64,000 bases of DNA. Source: Octopus sinensis. Its lineage: Eukaryota. The translations under genes were made by a program, and so were the position numbers. How positions within the stretch are numbered: the first letter of the stretch is position 1; each line of letters opens with the position of its first letter. The notes under the pieces were generated by a model. It did not search any database, was not told the DNA's origin, and saw only the letters and a list, made by a program, of their open reading frames with translations. Location: NCBI RefSeq assembly GCF_006345805.1, contig NC_043024.1, forward strand, positions 6,572,001-6,636,000, in the 5' to 3' direction. Shown piece after piece: positions 1-11,715 of the stretch.

Positions 1-360
1 TACAAGGGTGAGAGGGTTGCTCAGGGAAACTAACCTGAACACAGGTCTCACAACCATCATCACCACCACCATACCACCACCATCACCACCACCAGCAGTA
101 CCATCATCATCATCATCATCATTTAGCATCTGTTTTCCATGCTGGCATTGGACAGACACTTTGACTGCCACTGGTTAGCTGCAGAGCTGTACCAGGTTCC
201 GGTCTGATTTGACTTGATTTTGGACTCAGTGGTCAAAATGATGAACAGCACAAACCATATTGAGATTCCCAGCTGATTGTGATTGGTTGCTCAGCCATAT
301 TAAAGGTTGATTGATTGAGCACAGAATCAGTGGATTTTTGTTAAAGATATGACAAAGACA

Positions 361-932
361 CAGGCATGGCTGTGTGGTAAGAAGCTTGCTTACCAACCAC
401 ATGGTTCCAGGTTCAGTCCCACTGCGTAGCACTTTGGGTAAGCCTTGTGAGTGGATTTTGTAGACGGAAATTGAAAGAAGCCTATCGTAGCTGGCAGAAA
501 CGTTAGCACGCCGAGCGAAATGCTTAGCAGTATTTCATCTGTCTTTACGTTCTGAGTTCAAATTCCGCCGAGGTCGACTTTGCCTTTCATCCTTTCGGGG
601 TCGATAAATTAAGTACCAGTTACGCACTGGGGTCGATGTAATCGACTTAATCCCTTTGTCTGTTCTTCTTTGTCCCCTCTATGTTTAGCCTCTTGTGGGC
701 AATAAAGAAATATATATATATGTATATATATTTATGTATGTCTGTGTTTGTCCACCTCCTATAGCTTGACAACCGATGTTGATGCGTTTATGTCCCTGTA
801 ACTTTTGCAAAAGAGACCGATAGAATAAGTACTAGGCTTACATAGAATAAGTCCTGAGTTTGATTTCTTTGACTAAAACCCTTTAAGGCAGTGCTCCAGC
901 ATGACCACTGTCAAATGACTGAAAGAATAAAA
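361..932 (+). mobile_element. SINE family A (tRNA-like head, CORE-like motif, internal TA/TG tract, conserved tail) interrupted by a SINE family B copy
   Basis: Head GGCTGTGTGGTAAG...GGTTCAGTCCCACTG at about 365-425 and tail ...TAGAATAAGTACTAGGCTTAC...AATGACTGAAA at about 760-925. Both recur many times in the window. In other copies the head continues into CCTTGGGCAAGT, which resembles the CORE-SINE domain. Confidence 0.85.
489..710 (+). mobile_element. SINE family B nested in SINE A
   Basis: GCTGGCAGAAACGTTAGCACG...GAGTTCAAATTCC (B-box-like)...GTCGACTTTGCCTTTCATCCTTTCGGGGTCGATAAATTAAGTACCAG. More than 12 copies occur in the window. Confidence 0.85.
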
Positions 933-939
933 GAATTTA

Positions 940-1100
940 TATGGTTGTGTGGTAAGAAGCTTGCTTCCTAACCACATGGTTCCAGGTTCAGTCCCACTGC
1001 ATGGCACCGTGGGCAAGTGTCTTTTACTATATCCTTGGGCCTACCAAAGCTTTGTGAGTGGGTCTGCGAGATGGAAACTGAAAGAAGCCTATCAGATATC
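940..1100 (+). mobile_element. SINE family A head (3'-truncated)
   Basis: Matches the family A head through GGAAACTGAAAGAAGCC. Confidence 0.8.
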
Positions 1101-2084
1101 TATATATATAAAACTCAACTTGTGTGTCTGTGTGTTTAACTTCCCGGCACATCTCCTCCTAGCCAACAAATCATAGACCCACCAAAAGTGGGTCACTTAG
1201 AGTTTAGGCGAATGAAAATTGAACTGCGCTATTTCTGTTTCGAAATTCATCTCGCAAGTGCAAAAATTGATAATGTGTTTGTTTAGGCCTTATCCCATGC
1301 ATTGAATAGTCAGCTGTTTGACGTGAACTGTGTTCACCATGCGTGCAAGCATGCGTAAATTGTATGAAAAATAAAAAATTAAGATATAAAAACACGAATC
1401 GTCGTAAACATTGTAGAAATTCGTCAAAGAAATTACTTTTCAGGATGTAGCCTGGAGGGTTTTTTCGTATTAATATATATATATATATCATCATATATAT
1501 ATGTATGTATATATATATATATATATACATATATACATATATACATATATATATATATGAGAGTATGATAGAAGGACGCTAACTCTTCCTTCCCTAGAAG
1601 AAAAAATTCAAATCGGACCTTGTTAACACCAAAAATTATTTACATCAAAAAGGTGCCTTTTTTCTATGAAAATCCCTATTTTTTACGATCTTTTGCCTGC
1701 TGTGTCGCCATTTTTCGGTGTATTTCACCTACACACTGCCAAATTTTTACTTTTCAAAAATTCCAATTCTAAAGGGTCTAAACAAACCACAACGCTGGGC
1801 GATACTGATAGTATATATATATATATATATATATACGTCTATGGGTGTGTCTGCATTTGTCCCCCCCATCACCACTTGACAACTGGTGTTAGTGTGTTTA
1901 CACACCCCTAACTTTGCAGTTCAGCAAAAAAAACATAGAATAAGTGAATGAGTACCAGGCTTAAAAAATAAGTTCTGGGGTCAATTCATTTCACTAAAAA
2001 TTCATGGCCCCAGTCTAAAAAGAGAAAAGATACAAAATAATAGGATTTTGCCCCAAAATAAACAGAATTCTTTTCATCCCTAGG

Positions 2085-2285
2085 CACAAGGCCTGAAATT
2101 TTGGGGGAGGAGGCTAGTCAATTACATCAACCCCAGTGTTCAACTGGTACTTTATTTATCGACCCCAAAAGGATGAAAGGCAAAGTCGACCTCAGCGGAA
2201 TTTGCACTCAGAACACAAAGGCAGATGAAATACCGCTAAGCATTTCGCCAGCAAGCTAACATTTCTGCTAGCTCACTGCCTTCGC
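2085..2285 (-). mobile_element. SINE family B
   Basis: Reverse complement of family B (CCCCAAAAGGATGAAAGGCAAAGTCGACCTC). Confidence 0.8.
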
Positions 2286-2631
2286 AAAATAAATAGAATT
2301 ATAAGGAGACTGTCATCATTATCATCATCATTTAATGTCTGTTTTCTATGTTGGCATGGGTTGGACGGCTTGACAGGTGTTGGTCAGCTGGGGAGCTGTG
2401 GAGACACCAGCTGTCTGCTTTGGCATAATTTCTATGGCCAAATGCCCTTTCTAATGCCAAACACTTTATGCTCTGGGTGCATTTTTTGTGACACTGACAC
2501 AGGTGAATAATTTATAAGATCTGTCTCTGAAAGACTAAACCTTTTGTTACCATATTTCTGTTGAAATTTACTGATTTTGTTTCAATGAATTATAAAAATA
2601 ATGCCACAATTAATTTTGAAGAATTTATATA

Positions 2632-2885
2632 CAGTAACCCCTCACTTTACAAGGAGCCACTTTACAAGACCCTGGGTTTACAAGTTTTATTTTATAATAA
2701 ATCTAAAAAGGTTAAACAGCCATTTTATGTGTGTGACAACATCACAACATGTGGCAACACTGGTTCTGACATATCTACACAGTGAGAGAGCAAAATGACG
2801 GCATAAAATGTCATTTCTGCTTTACAAGTTTTGCTTTATGAGTGATCATCAGGAAGAGATTAACTTCTATATTGAAGCATTACTG
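2632..2885. mobile_element. Degraded pogo/Tigger-type MITE
   Basis: TA|CAGTAACCCCTCACTTTACAAG ... CTTCTATATTGAAGCATTACTG|TA. Imperfect terminal inverted repeats (16 of 22 match), a TA on each side, and a CAGT start typical of pogo/Tigger. Confidence 0.55.
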
Positions 2886-3047
2886 TATGTGGTTTGTGTG
2901 TGTTGAACATGATGAAGAACTAAAAATTTATTATGTAAACCAGGTTTGTGTAAGAGTGTATAATGATATAATGGAAAATATTATATATACTGGTTTGTGT
3001 AAGAATGTATAGCATTATAAGAATGTAAATATATAATATATACTTAC

Positions 3048-3104
3048 CTCGTTGAGGTAATGCTGTTCGATCCTTGTATCTTGAGAATCTCTTGGTTGGA
3101 GACT
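3048..3104 (-). CDS. Candidate internal exon (57 nt) of an unidentified minus-strand gene
   Basis: Acceptor tttgtttcttaactctAG and perfect donor GAG|GTAAGT in unique sequence. All three frames are open; phase 1 gives SPTKRFSRYKDRTALPQR. Confidence 0.5.
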
Positions 3105-3309
3105 CTAGAGTTAAGAAACAAACCTTGTTTTATAAGATAAATAGGTCTTGTTTAAATGACACAACACACACACACACACACAGAGTCTCCCACAACTACA
3201 TACATGCATCCATACAAACATACATACATGATGATAACTGCAAACCCATGTTCAAGTATTGCCATCGTCTGATTGAAAGTCCCACCCAGGCAAAGGCCAC
3301 AACCCTCTC

Positions 3310-3750
3310 TCTTTTTACTCTTTTACTTGTTTCAGTCATTTGACTGCGGCCATGCTGGAGCACTGCCTTAAGTCAAGCATATCGACCCCAGGACTTATTC
3401 TTTGTAGGCCTAGCACTTATTCTATCGGCCTCTTTTGCCGAACCGCTAAGTTACGGGGACGTAAACACACCAGCATCGGTTGTCAAGTGACGTTGAGAAG
3501 AGAAACACAGACACACACATATACATACCATACAGCCACTCCTGCACCTGTATGTATGTATCAGTCGCAACATCGCTGATAAGCAGTGCTGGTGGGTTTA
3601 TGTCCCCGTAACTTAGCAGTTCGGCAAAACAGACCAATAGACTAAGTACTAGGCTTACAAGGAATAAGTCCTGGGGTTGATTTGCTCGACTAAAGGCAGT
3701 GCTCCAGCATGGCCGCAGTCAAATGACTGAAACAAGTAAAGGAGTAAAGA
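3310..3750. mobile_element. Two divergent SINE family A copies (minus 3310-3545; plus-strand tail 3570-3750)
   Basis: Family A tail and head in reverse, followed by a family A tail in forward orientation. Confidence 0.75.
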
Positions 3751-3764
3751 GTATACATGAGAGC

Positions 3765-3935
3765 TGCCTCCTCGTTATTGAGTATGGTCATAACGAGGCT
3801 TAACTGTTAATGGTGCTGTGATTGAACATAATTTTTTCGCCCAGCTAAAGATCTGCAATGTCTTGTACAGAATTGGCAGCTAAAACCTTTACCAGCAATA
3901 GCCAGCTGTAGTTGTAACTGGGCTTCATGTACCTT
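3765..3935 (-). mobile_element. RTE-clade LINE 3' end remnant
   Basis: The minus frame reads GKGFSCQFCTRHCRSLAGRKNYVQSQHH*, resembling the C-terminal CxxCxR..S..G zinc-finger of RTE ORF2. A short 3' UTR follows. Confidence 0.5.
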
Positions 3936-4069
3936 TGCATACATACATATCCAGCGAATTTATCTACAGATACAATTCATCTACACACAGACATACAACC
4001 ACACACACACACACACATACATACGACCACACACGCACACATAGAAGCACACACATAAATTGTTGTAGT

Positions 4070-4890
4070 GGATCATCCCATAAATAATGTGGTTTTTTCA
4101 GTTGCATGAACTAAAAGTCAGAGAGGAATGGGATAAACTCCCTGCATCAACTTGCTATAAAAGCAGGTAGTAATTTTACCTTGTCCTTATTCTTAGTACA
4201 AGTCTTGAAGAGTGCAGTTTGATTTTAACAGTTATTTTTCAAAGCTATAATGAAAGTGACAAAGGAGCATATTTGGCATATTTTGCTTTTTGTGTTCAAT
4301 AGAGGCAACAATGCAATGGAAAGTGTGAGGAATATTAATGCAGTATTTGGGGATCAGACAATAAGTGTAATCCAGTATCAACGGTGCTTCCGGAAATTCT
4401 GAGCTGGAATCTACAGACTAGAAGACAAGCCTCATCCTGAAAGATCAGTAGAGCTCTCTGAGCACATCTTGCAAACCCTGGTGAAACAAAATCCATTGTA
4501 AGTGTTGAGGAACTAGCAGAGAAGCCTGGATTTGGTCAGTCAATCATTCATCAACACCTTCATGCCATTGGAAAAGTCATCAAATTGGGTCAATGGGTTC
4601 CTCAAAAACTTTCCGAGTCTAATTGTGCACAGAGAGTGAATGTGTGCTCTTCTTTGCTGTCACATCTCACAAATGAGCCTTTTTTGTTCCACCCACCATA
4701 TTCGCTGGACATTGCCCTATCTGGTTATTATTTATTCTGCAGTCTTCAAAATCATTTGGACAGAAAAATATTAATTCTATAGACGAGGTCAGAACAGTAC
4801 TGGAGGAATATTTTTCATCACGGAGAAGTGAATTTTGGAAAAGGGGCCTTGTAGAAAATGAAGGAGAGTATATTTTAGACGAAAAAAGAA
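4070..4890 (+). mobile_element. Internally deleted mariner transposon remnant
   Basis: From 4255, MKVTKEHIWHILLFVFNRGNNAMESVRNINAVFG (HTH). Then GQWVPQKL (WVPHEL motif) and HPPYSLDIALSGYYLF (YSPDLAP motif). The DDE centre is deleted and stops and frameshifts are present. Confidence 0.85.
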
Positions 4891-5064
4891 CTTTGTTGAT
4901 TTTTTTTTTCTTTCTCTGTACTTTTCTCTTTTTCCTTTCTGATGTCTGTATGCATGTATCTGCCAGTCTACCAAACTGGAACAAACACGTACAAAATATT
5001 TCAAAAGTAGTGAAGAATTCTCAAAGACATTTTGAAAAGAAGAGAAACGATTAAAAACCCTTAC

Positions 5065-5178
5065 TCAGTAATTTTTTGGAAATCTCTGTCATTTCATCTT
5101 TTAAATAATCATCTGGAACAATCAGACCATTTTCTTTGAGTAACCTGGAATTAACATATGACCGGTAGCAGGAAAATC
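5065..5178 (-). CDS. Candidate internal exon (114 nt, phase 1-1) of an unidentified minus-strand gene
   Basis: Strong acceptor ctcatttcctgtatcttttcAG and donor TGA|GTAAGG. Only one frame is open: FSCYRSYVNSRLLKENGLIVPDDYLKDEMTEISKKLL. Confidence 0.6.
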
Positions 5179-5296
5179 CTGAAAAGATACAGGAAATGAG
5201 ATTTAATTACTAAACAAACAAAAAAATTTAATCATTGTCTTTTTAACATTCACCTTTCTGTGCTTAAGACTGAATTTGTTGAGGTAGATCATCTAC

Positions 5297-5595
5297 GTGG
5301 AGGTACATAGCCTAGTAGTTAGAGCAGCGGATTTGCGGTTGAGGGATCGCGGGTTCAAATCTCAGACCAAACGATGTGTGTATTTATGAGCGAAACCCCT
5401 AAGCTCCATGCGGTTCTGGCAGAAGATAATAGTGAACTTCTGCTGACTCTTTCGCCACAACTTTCTCTCACTCTTTCCTTCTCCACTTGCAGCTCACCTG
5501 CGATGGACCGGCGACCGGTCCAGGTAGGGAACCTAAACGCGAAGGAAACCAGCCTTTAAGAGCCAGGCATGGCTCGAGAAGGAACAAACAACAGA
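5297..5595 (+). mobile_element. SINE family E (tRNA-derived, V-domain-like centre)
   Basis: tRNA-like head TAGCCTAGTAGTTAGAGC...GGTTCAAATC, then GCGATGGACCGGCGACCGGTCCAGG resembling the V-SINE domain. Relatives lie at 25045-25292 and 30320-30572. Confidence 0.7.
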
Positions 5596-5613
5596 TTATC
5601 TACAGCTGGGTAC

Positions 5614-5716
5614 CCTTTCTGGCACTAAATCCAAGCAAGGTAATATTTCCCCATGGCCAGTTGGATTTTTCACTGAAAACTGGAAATGAAAAATTCAGCC
5701 TGAATGGCAGCAACAC
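5614..5716 (-). CDS. Weak candidate exon (phase 0-1) of the minus-strand gene
   Basis: Open frame VLLPFRLNFSFPVFSEKSNWPWGNITLLGFSARK. Splice sites are weak (aaaaacAG; AGG|GTACCC), but the phases fit between the 12.7 kb and 5.1 kb exons. Confidence 0.25.
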
Positions 5717-7182
5717 CTGTTTTTAATCTATTGCCCAATATCAAGGTAAGGATGCAGTCACACACACATCATTTAAAGTCCATTTCCCATGCTGGCATGG
5801 GTTGGACAGTGTGACCTGAGCTGGCAAGTTGGGTGGTGGGGCTGCACCAGACTCCTGTCTGATCTGGAATGGTTTCTACAGCTGGATGCTCTTCCAAACA
5901 CCAACCACTTTACACTGTGTGCTGGGTGCTTTTACGTGACACCACACAGGCATTTTTTTGTGGCACGACACTGGCATATTTACATGACACTGCACAAGTT
6001 TGGCCCAACATGGTACCACTATGAGTGCCTTACACCACCTTCAGGATTGGTTATAACACTTCCGCTGCAGGGTACGGTCTTCTTGTGTACAGCCAAACAC
6101 CAATACACACACATATATTTATGATGGGCTTTGACACAGTTTCTTATTTCTTTACTACCCACAAGGGGCTAAACACAGAGGGGACCAACAAGGATAGACA
6201 AAGTCATTAAGTCAATTACATTGACCCCAGTTAGTAACTGGCACTTAATTTATCGACCCCGAAAGGATGAAAGGCAAAGTGACCTCGGCAGAATTTGAAC
6301 TCAGAAAGTAACGGCAGACGAAATACTGCTAAGCATTTCACCCAGCGTGCTAACGTTTCTGCCAGTGAGCCATCTTATAGCTTTAGGGCTTCTACACAGT
6401 TTCTATCTATGAAATTCATTCACGAGGCATCTGTTGACCCGGGATGATAGTTGATGACTCTTTCCCCAAGGTGCCATGCAGTGGGACTGAACTCAATATC
6501 ACATGGTTAGGAAGCAAGATTCTTAACCACATGTCCTCTACTGTACCTATCCTCATTGGCTTTACTTCCATTATCCATGCTGACATGGGTTAGAAGGATC
6601 ATTCCAGTCCAACTCATCTCAAGCTGGAGGCTGCTACTTCTGTAGACAGACACTTATGTGTCATTTGGCAAAGCTGCCACTGCTCAATGCCCTTCCACTT
6701 TCCAGTAACCCTATGGAGTGTATTGGAGATGCTTCATTGTGGGCCCTTAAATGTTATTAGATATTATAAACAGCAATTCATTTGTATCACACTCCTGTTG
6801 ATAACATCTCTTAATTCCTACCCCTCCCTCTCCCTCTCGCACCCACTCTCTCTCCTTCTCCCTCTCCGCCCCACTCTTTCTCTCTCTACAAAATCTTTCT
6901 TTAACTGTTGGTACAGCCTTGCTGAAGACTATGTCTTTGGAATCCCTCGTCCCCATTCCTAACTATAAAAATATTGTTGTCATGCAATGGGGGGGGGGAA
7001 AACACAGACAGAAAGACACACACACACACACAGGCCAGGCTTCTTTCAGTTTCCCTCTACCAAATCCACTCACAAGGCTATGGTCAGTTCGAGGCTGTAG
7101 TAGAAGACACTTGCCCAAGATGACATGCAATGGGACTGAACCTGGAACCATGTGGTTGGGAAGCAAGCACCCAATGTAACCC

Positions 7183-7214
<32 letters not shown>

Positions 7215-7215
<1 letters not shown>

Positions 7216-7614
7216 TTGTCAGAGATCATGAAGGAAAAAAATGCTTTCTAATTGATGTATCAATACCGGAAGATGACGTGTCTCTAAAAGAAATGGAGAA
7301 ACTCTCAAAATACAAAGACCTGGAAATAGAGGTAACCAGAATGTGGAATCTAAAAACAGAAACAATTCCTATCATAGTAGGAGCATTAGGCATGATAAAA
7401 AAATATTCAGACAAATACATAACAAAAACACCAGGACTTACAAACACATATAACATACAGAAAATTGCACTACTAGGCACTGCACACATCCTACGCAGAA
7501 CACTTTCCATACAATAACCATCAGAGCAACACAACAAATCACAGCACATACCCAAGGCACACAGAGCTGCGCTCGGTAGTGAAGTGAAAGCACGCTATAA
7601 AAATAAAACTACTG
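7215..7614 (+). mobile_element. 5'-truncated R4/Dong-clade non-LTR retrotransposon (restriction-like endonuclease end) in (TAA)n
   Basis: IVRDHEGKKCFLIDVSIPEDDVSLKEMEKLSKYKDLEIEVTRMWNLKTETIPIIVGALG...LLGTAHILRRTLSIQ* is a PD-(D/E)xK RLE C-terminus. (TAA)n flanks both sides. Confidence 0.85.
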
Positions 7615-7649
7615 AATAATAATAATAATAATAACAATAATATTAATAA

Positions 7650-8095
7650 TTCTGCTCAATACCACAGATTTGCTTGTCAGTTGTTTGACCTTAACCAGTT
7701 GATCATGTCCCTTAGTGGCTGACGATATGTGCATCTCTGATCACGAGCAGAAGTAGTGGGGGAGCATCATAGCCATGTGTTGAGAGGGATTCTTTGGGGT
7801 TTGAATAATTCACCTCTGGAAACATGGGTGGTTCTTTCAACATCCTTAAACAACCCTTATTCAGGGACCTTTTGAGCGGGATGGGCTACTCAACCTGAAG
7901 AAAATTCTAACTGGGCCCCACCTGCAAGGTCATGTGCTGCTTATCTTGATATGAGATCACCATGTCGCGCACATATGGTTGTGATGCATGTGCCTAGTGT
8001 ACCCTTATCAGACGGGTAGTCATGATGGGTATACTGGGCTTCGTATATTTTACCCCAGTGTCACTTTGATGGCATGCACTGCTCTCTCACTCAAT
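7650..8095 (+). mobile_element. (TAA)n-associated interspersed repeat (non-coding; probable LINE 3' UTR or SINE)
   Basis: Nearly identical to the reverse complement of 34774-35333. Both copies are bounded by (TAA)n-type tracts. Confidence 0.75.
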
Positions 8096-8768
8096 AGTAG
8101 TAATAATAATAATAATATAATAATAATGGTTTCAAATTTTAGCACAAGGCCAGCAACTTCGGGGGAGGGGTAACTTGATTATATCAACCCCAATGTTCAA
8201 CTGGTACTTATTTTATCAACCCCAGAAGGATGAAAGGTAAAGTTGGCCTCAGCAGAATTTGAACTCAGAATGTAAAGACACTAACCATTTTGTCTGGTGT
8301 GCTAATGGTTCTGCCACCTTGGTGCTCCAGTGTATGACAGGTAATGAAAGGTATTTCAAATGTGACCCTCCAGCCTTCTTTGTATACATCAAGGACTGGA
8401 AATATTTTATTGTTATATATCTGCTCGATCAGGGCAGACCTTGGGCTGAACAACAACAACAACAACTGTTTGTTATTTTCTTACCTTTGGGAATATCCAG
8501 GGTCTCGTGCCCTCCAAAACTTTTAAAGGTGTTTAACATCCTTTCATCTGCTGAGACTACCCGAGCTTGAACCTGCATCAGATGGCGTTCCAGCATCGAG
8601 ATCTGGGACAGTCTCTTCTCTCTCTCTTTACAAACCTTCCAAGGATGGTGGTGGTGGTGGTGGTGGTGGGGAGGAGAAAAGGGGGAAGAAAAGGAAACAG
8701 AAATAAAACAATAAAAAAGCAGATAAAGACAATAAGTTATTGTATGTGTGTATATATACACAGAGATA

Positions 8769-9175
8769 GGCGTAGGAGTGGCTGTGTGGTAAGTAGCTTG
8801 CTTACCAACCACATGGTTCCAGGTTCATTCCCACTGTGTGGCACATTGGGCAAGTGTCTTCTACTATAGCCTCGGGCCAACTAAAGCCTTGTGAGTGGAT
8901 TTGGTAGACGGAAACTGAAAGAAGCCCGTCGTATATATGTATATGTATATATATATATGTGAGTTTGTGTGTGTGTGTTTGTCACCCCAACATCGCTTGA
9001 CAACCGATGCTGGTGTGTTTACGTCCCTGTAACTTAGCGGTTCGGCAAAAGAGACTGATAGAATAAGTACTAAGCTTACAAAGAATAAGTCCTGGGGTCG
9101 ATTTACTTGACTAAAGGCGGTACTCCAGCATGGCCACAGTCAAATGACTGAAACAAGTAAAAGGATAAAAGAAAG
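8769..9175 (+). mobile_element. Full-length SINE family A
   Basis: Complete head, internal (TA)/(TG) tract and tail ending GAAACAAGTAAAAG. Confidence 0.9.
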
Positions 9176-9182
9176 AAATACA

Positions 9183-9226
<44 letters not shown>

Positions 9227-9292
9227 GAGATGACATTCTTGATGGTGGTAGTAACAGTGGTTTGGTGATGATTATAGAGGTTAGTGATGGTG

Positions 9293-9432
9293 CATGGCTC
9301 ACTGGTTAGAGGCATTTGGATCACAATCATAAGGTCATAAGTTCAATTCCTGGCAACATATTGTGTCCTTGAGCAAGACACTTTATTCCACATTGCTCCA
9401 GTCCACTCAGCTGGCAAAAGTGAGTTGTACCT
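9293..9432 (+). mobile_element. SINE family C (tRNA-derived, Nin-like centre), partial
   Basis: GGCTCACTGGTTAGAG (A box), AGTTCAATTCC (B box), CTTGAGCAAGACACTTTATT...CCAGTCCACTCAGCTG. Confidence 0.75.
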
Positions 9433-9940
9433 GTGATAGTAGTTGTTGTGGTTATAGTAGTAGTAGAAGTAGTTGTGGTAGTAGTAGTAGTAGTAGTTGT
9501 GGCTGTGGTGGTGGTAGTAGTAGTATTAACAATAGTAGTTGTTGTGGTTGTGGTGGTGGTGGTGTTAGTAGTAGTAGTAGTAGTAGCAGTTGTGGTTGTG
9601 GTGGTGTTAGTAGTAGTATTAGCAATAGTAGTTGTTGTGGTTGTGGTAGTTTTAGTAGTAGTAGTAGAAGTAGTTGTGGTAGTAGTAGTAGTAGTAGTGG
9701 TAGTAGTAGTAGTGGTTGTGGTAGTGGTAGTAGTAGTAGTAGCAATAGTAGTTGTTGTAGTTGTGGTGGTGTTAGTAGTAGTAGTAGTAGTAGTAGTAGC
9801 AGTTGTGGTTGTGGTGGTGTTAATAGTAGTAGTAGCAGTAGCAGTTGTTGTGGTGGTGGTGTTAGTAGTAGTAGTAGTAGTAGTAGTAGCAGCAGTAGCA
9901 GTTGTTGTGGTTATGGTGGTGGTGTTAGTAGTAGTACCAT
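9433..9940. repeat. Compound trinucleotide microsatellite (GTA/GTT/GTG)n
   Basis: Pure triplet mosaic. It produces the spurious poly-Thr, poly-Val and Ser/Cys ORFs in the track. Confidence 0.95.
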
Positions 9941-10745
9941 AATACAAAGTAAAAAAGAAACAAAAACAATTTGCCAAAAGTGAGGGCTGCCAACCACGCC
10001 ATCTCCCACACTCAACATACCTGGTTCAACCATTCTACATATCTCTCATGGTGGGGGTCCTTGCTGCCCTTTGAGGTGATGAGATTCTCCACCGTTGTCA
10101 TGCACAGTTTGTCTTGGGAAAGGATGTCCCTCAATGCCGACGTCAGCACATGGTTTATGTCTTGACACTTAACAGGGGCCGGTCGTTGCAACAGCATGGT
10201 GTTTTCAGACCCTGTGCAACACGGGTCTTTGTTTGTTTTATTGCACCTTCAAATAGAAATCCACATGGCAAAAATCAAGAGCAAAAGAAAAGCCTTGCAC
10301 CCGGTGGCATTATGTATTACGTGTTGCATACAATGTATTCCCCATCATCCAATCCTCTCCCAATCAGAGATGGCCATATCACAGAAGCAATGAATGCTTA
10401 GTACCAAGTGGGCCAGTTTTGATAAATAACCACTTCTCCTGTCTGCCTACATCATCATCATCATCATTGTCATCTTCCTCATCGTCATTTAGCATCCGTT
10501 TTTCATGCTGTCACGGCTTAGATGGTTTCTATGACTTGATGCCCTTCCTAATGTCAACCACTCCAAAAGTGAACTGGGTGTCTATTATGTGCCTCCAGCA
10601 CAGGTACCTTTAATATGTCACTGGCACAGGAGCCTTTAATGTGCCACCAGCATAGGTGCCTTTAATGTGTCAGCAGCACAGGTGCCTTTAATGTGTCACT
10701 GGCATGGATGCCTTTAACATGTCACCAGCATGGGGGCTTTTAACA

Positions 10746-11715
10746 CAGGAGTCGGCAAACCAGGGTAAATCACCCTAAGTGGGGTAAAATTGAAATTTTG
10801 GGGGTTAATGAGACCTCATTAGACATAAGTAAAATCATATAAAAAATGCGTTCCTTGTTACGACAGAAATCTTTCTTCTGGCTTTGAGGAGGCAATCAAA
10901 GAGTTGCTGCCTTTTGCAACAACCTGCCTTTGCAAACAAGGATTTTTCACTCTAATGAACATAAAAACAAGCAGGGTAATCGATTGAACCCTGAAGACTT
11001 TATCCAAATTGCTCTGGCATCAAAATGCCCCAATTTTAATGTAATTGTAACAAAAATGAAACGATATCATTTCTCAAAGCTTGAAGTGAAAAAGTTTCTA
11101 GAAAGATCCTTTATTTCCTAATGAGAATATTAATTCATATTTATTACATTTGTTTTATACTTTTTATATTTGTAATTGTATTCATAGTTGTAGGAGTGGC
11201 TGTGTGGTAAGTAGCTTGCTTACGAACCACATGGTTCTGGGTTCAGTCCCACTGCATGGCACCTTGGGAAAGTGTCTTCTAATATAGCCTTGGGCTGACC
11301 AAAACCTTGTAAGTGGATTTGGTAGACAGAAACTGAAAGAAGTATGTGTGTGTAAATCTGTGTCTGTTGTTTATGGCAAGGTTGTTTATGGAAGACCAGC
11401 AGTCGCCCATGCATACCGGCCTCCCCTCTCCACACCACCAGTGTTATCCAAGGGAAAGACAAAGGCCAATACAGCTTGGCACCTGTGATGTCACAACTCA
11501 TTTCTACAGCTGAGTGGACTGGAGCAAAGTGAAATAAAGTGTCTTGCTCAAGAACACAACACGCAGCCCGGTCCAGGATTCGAACTCACAACCTCACGAT
11601 TATAAGCTCGATGCTCTAACCACTGAGCCATGTGCCTTCACAATCAAGGGAGTAACGTCAGTGTAAATAAATATATTTTGGGGTAAAAGGGTTAAAAAAA
11701 TTGTCTGACTCCCTG
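10746..11715 (+). mobile_element. Non-autonomous hAT (Charlie-like) element with a transposase C-terminal remnant and nested SINEs
   Basis: TIRs CAGGAGTCGGCAA / TTGTCTGACTCCCTG and 8-bp TSD TTTTAACA / CTTTAACA. The frameshifted EAIKELLPFATTCLC..GFS...NRLNPEDFIQIALAS at about 10885-11080 resembles the hAT dimerisation domain. Confidence 0.75.
11192..11640. mobile_element. SINE A head (+, 11192-11345) and SINE C (-, 11375-11640) nested in the hAT element
   Basis: Direct matches to families A and C. Confidence 0.8.

Noticed and set aside
4940-4975. Acceptor gtgtttgttccAG 89 nt after the 5065 donor
   Set aside because: The required phase gives IW then stop, and the downstream sequence runs into a mariner remnant. 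It could be a terminal exon but is unsupported.
9327-9983. Long ORFs (216 aa poly-Thr, 206 aa Ser/Cys/Gly, 169 aa poly-Val) resembling mucin or keratin-associated proteins
   Set aside because: They are translations of a triplet microsatellite that is open in several frames on both strands, with no unique flanking coding sequence or splice context.
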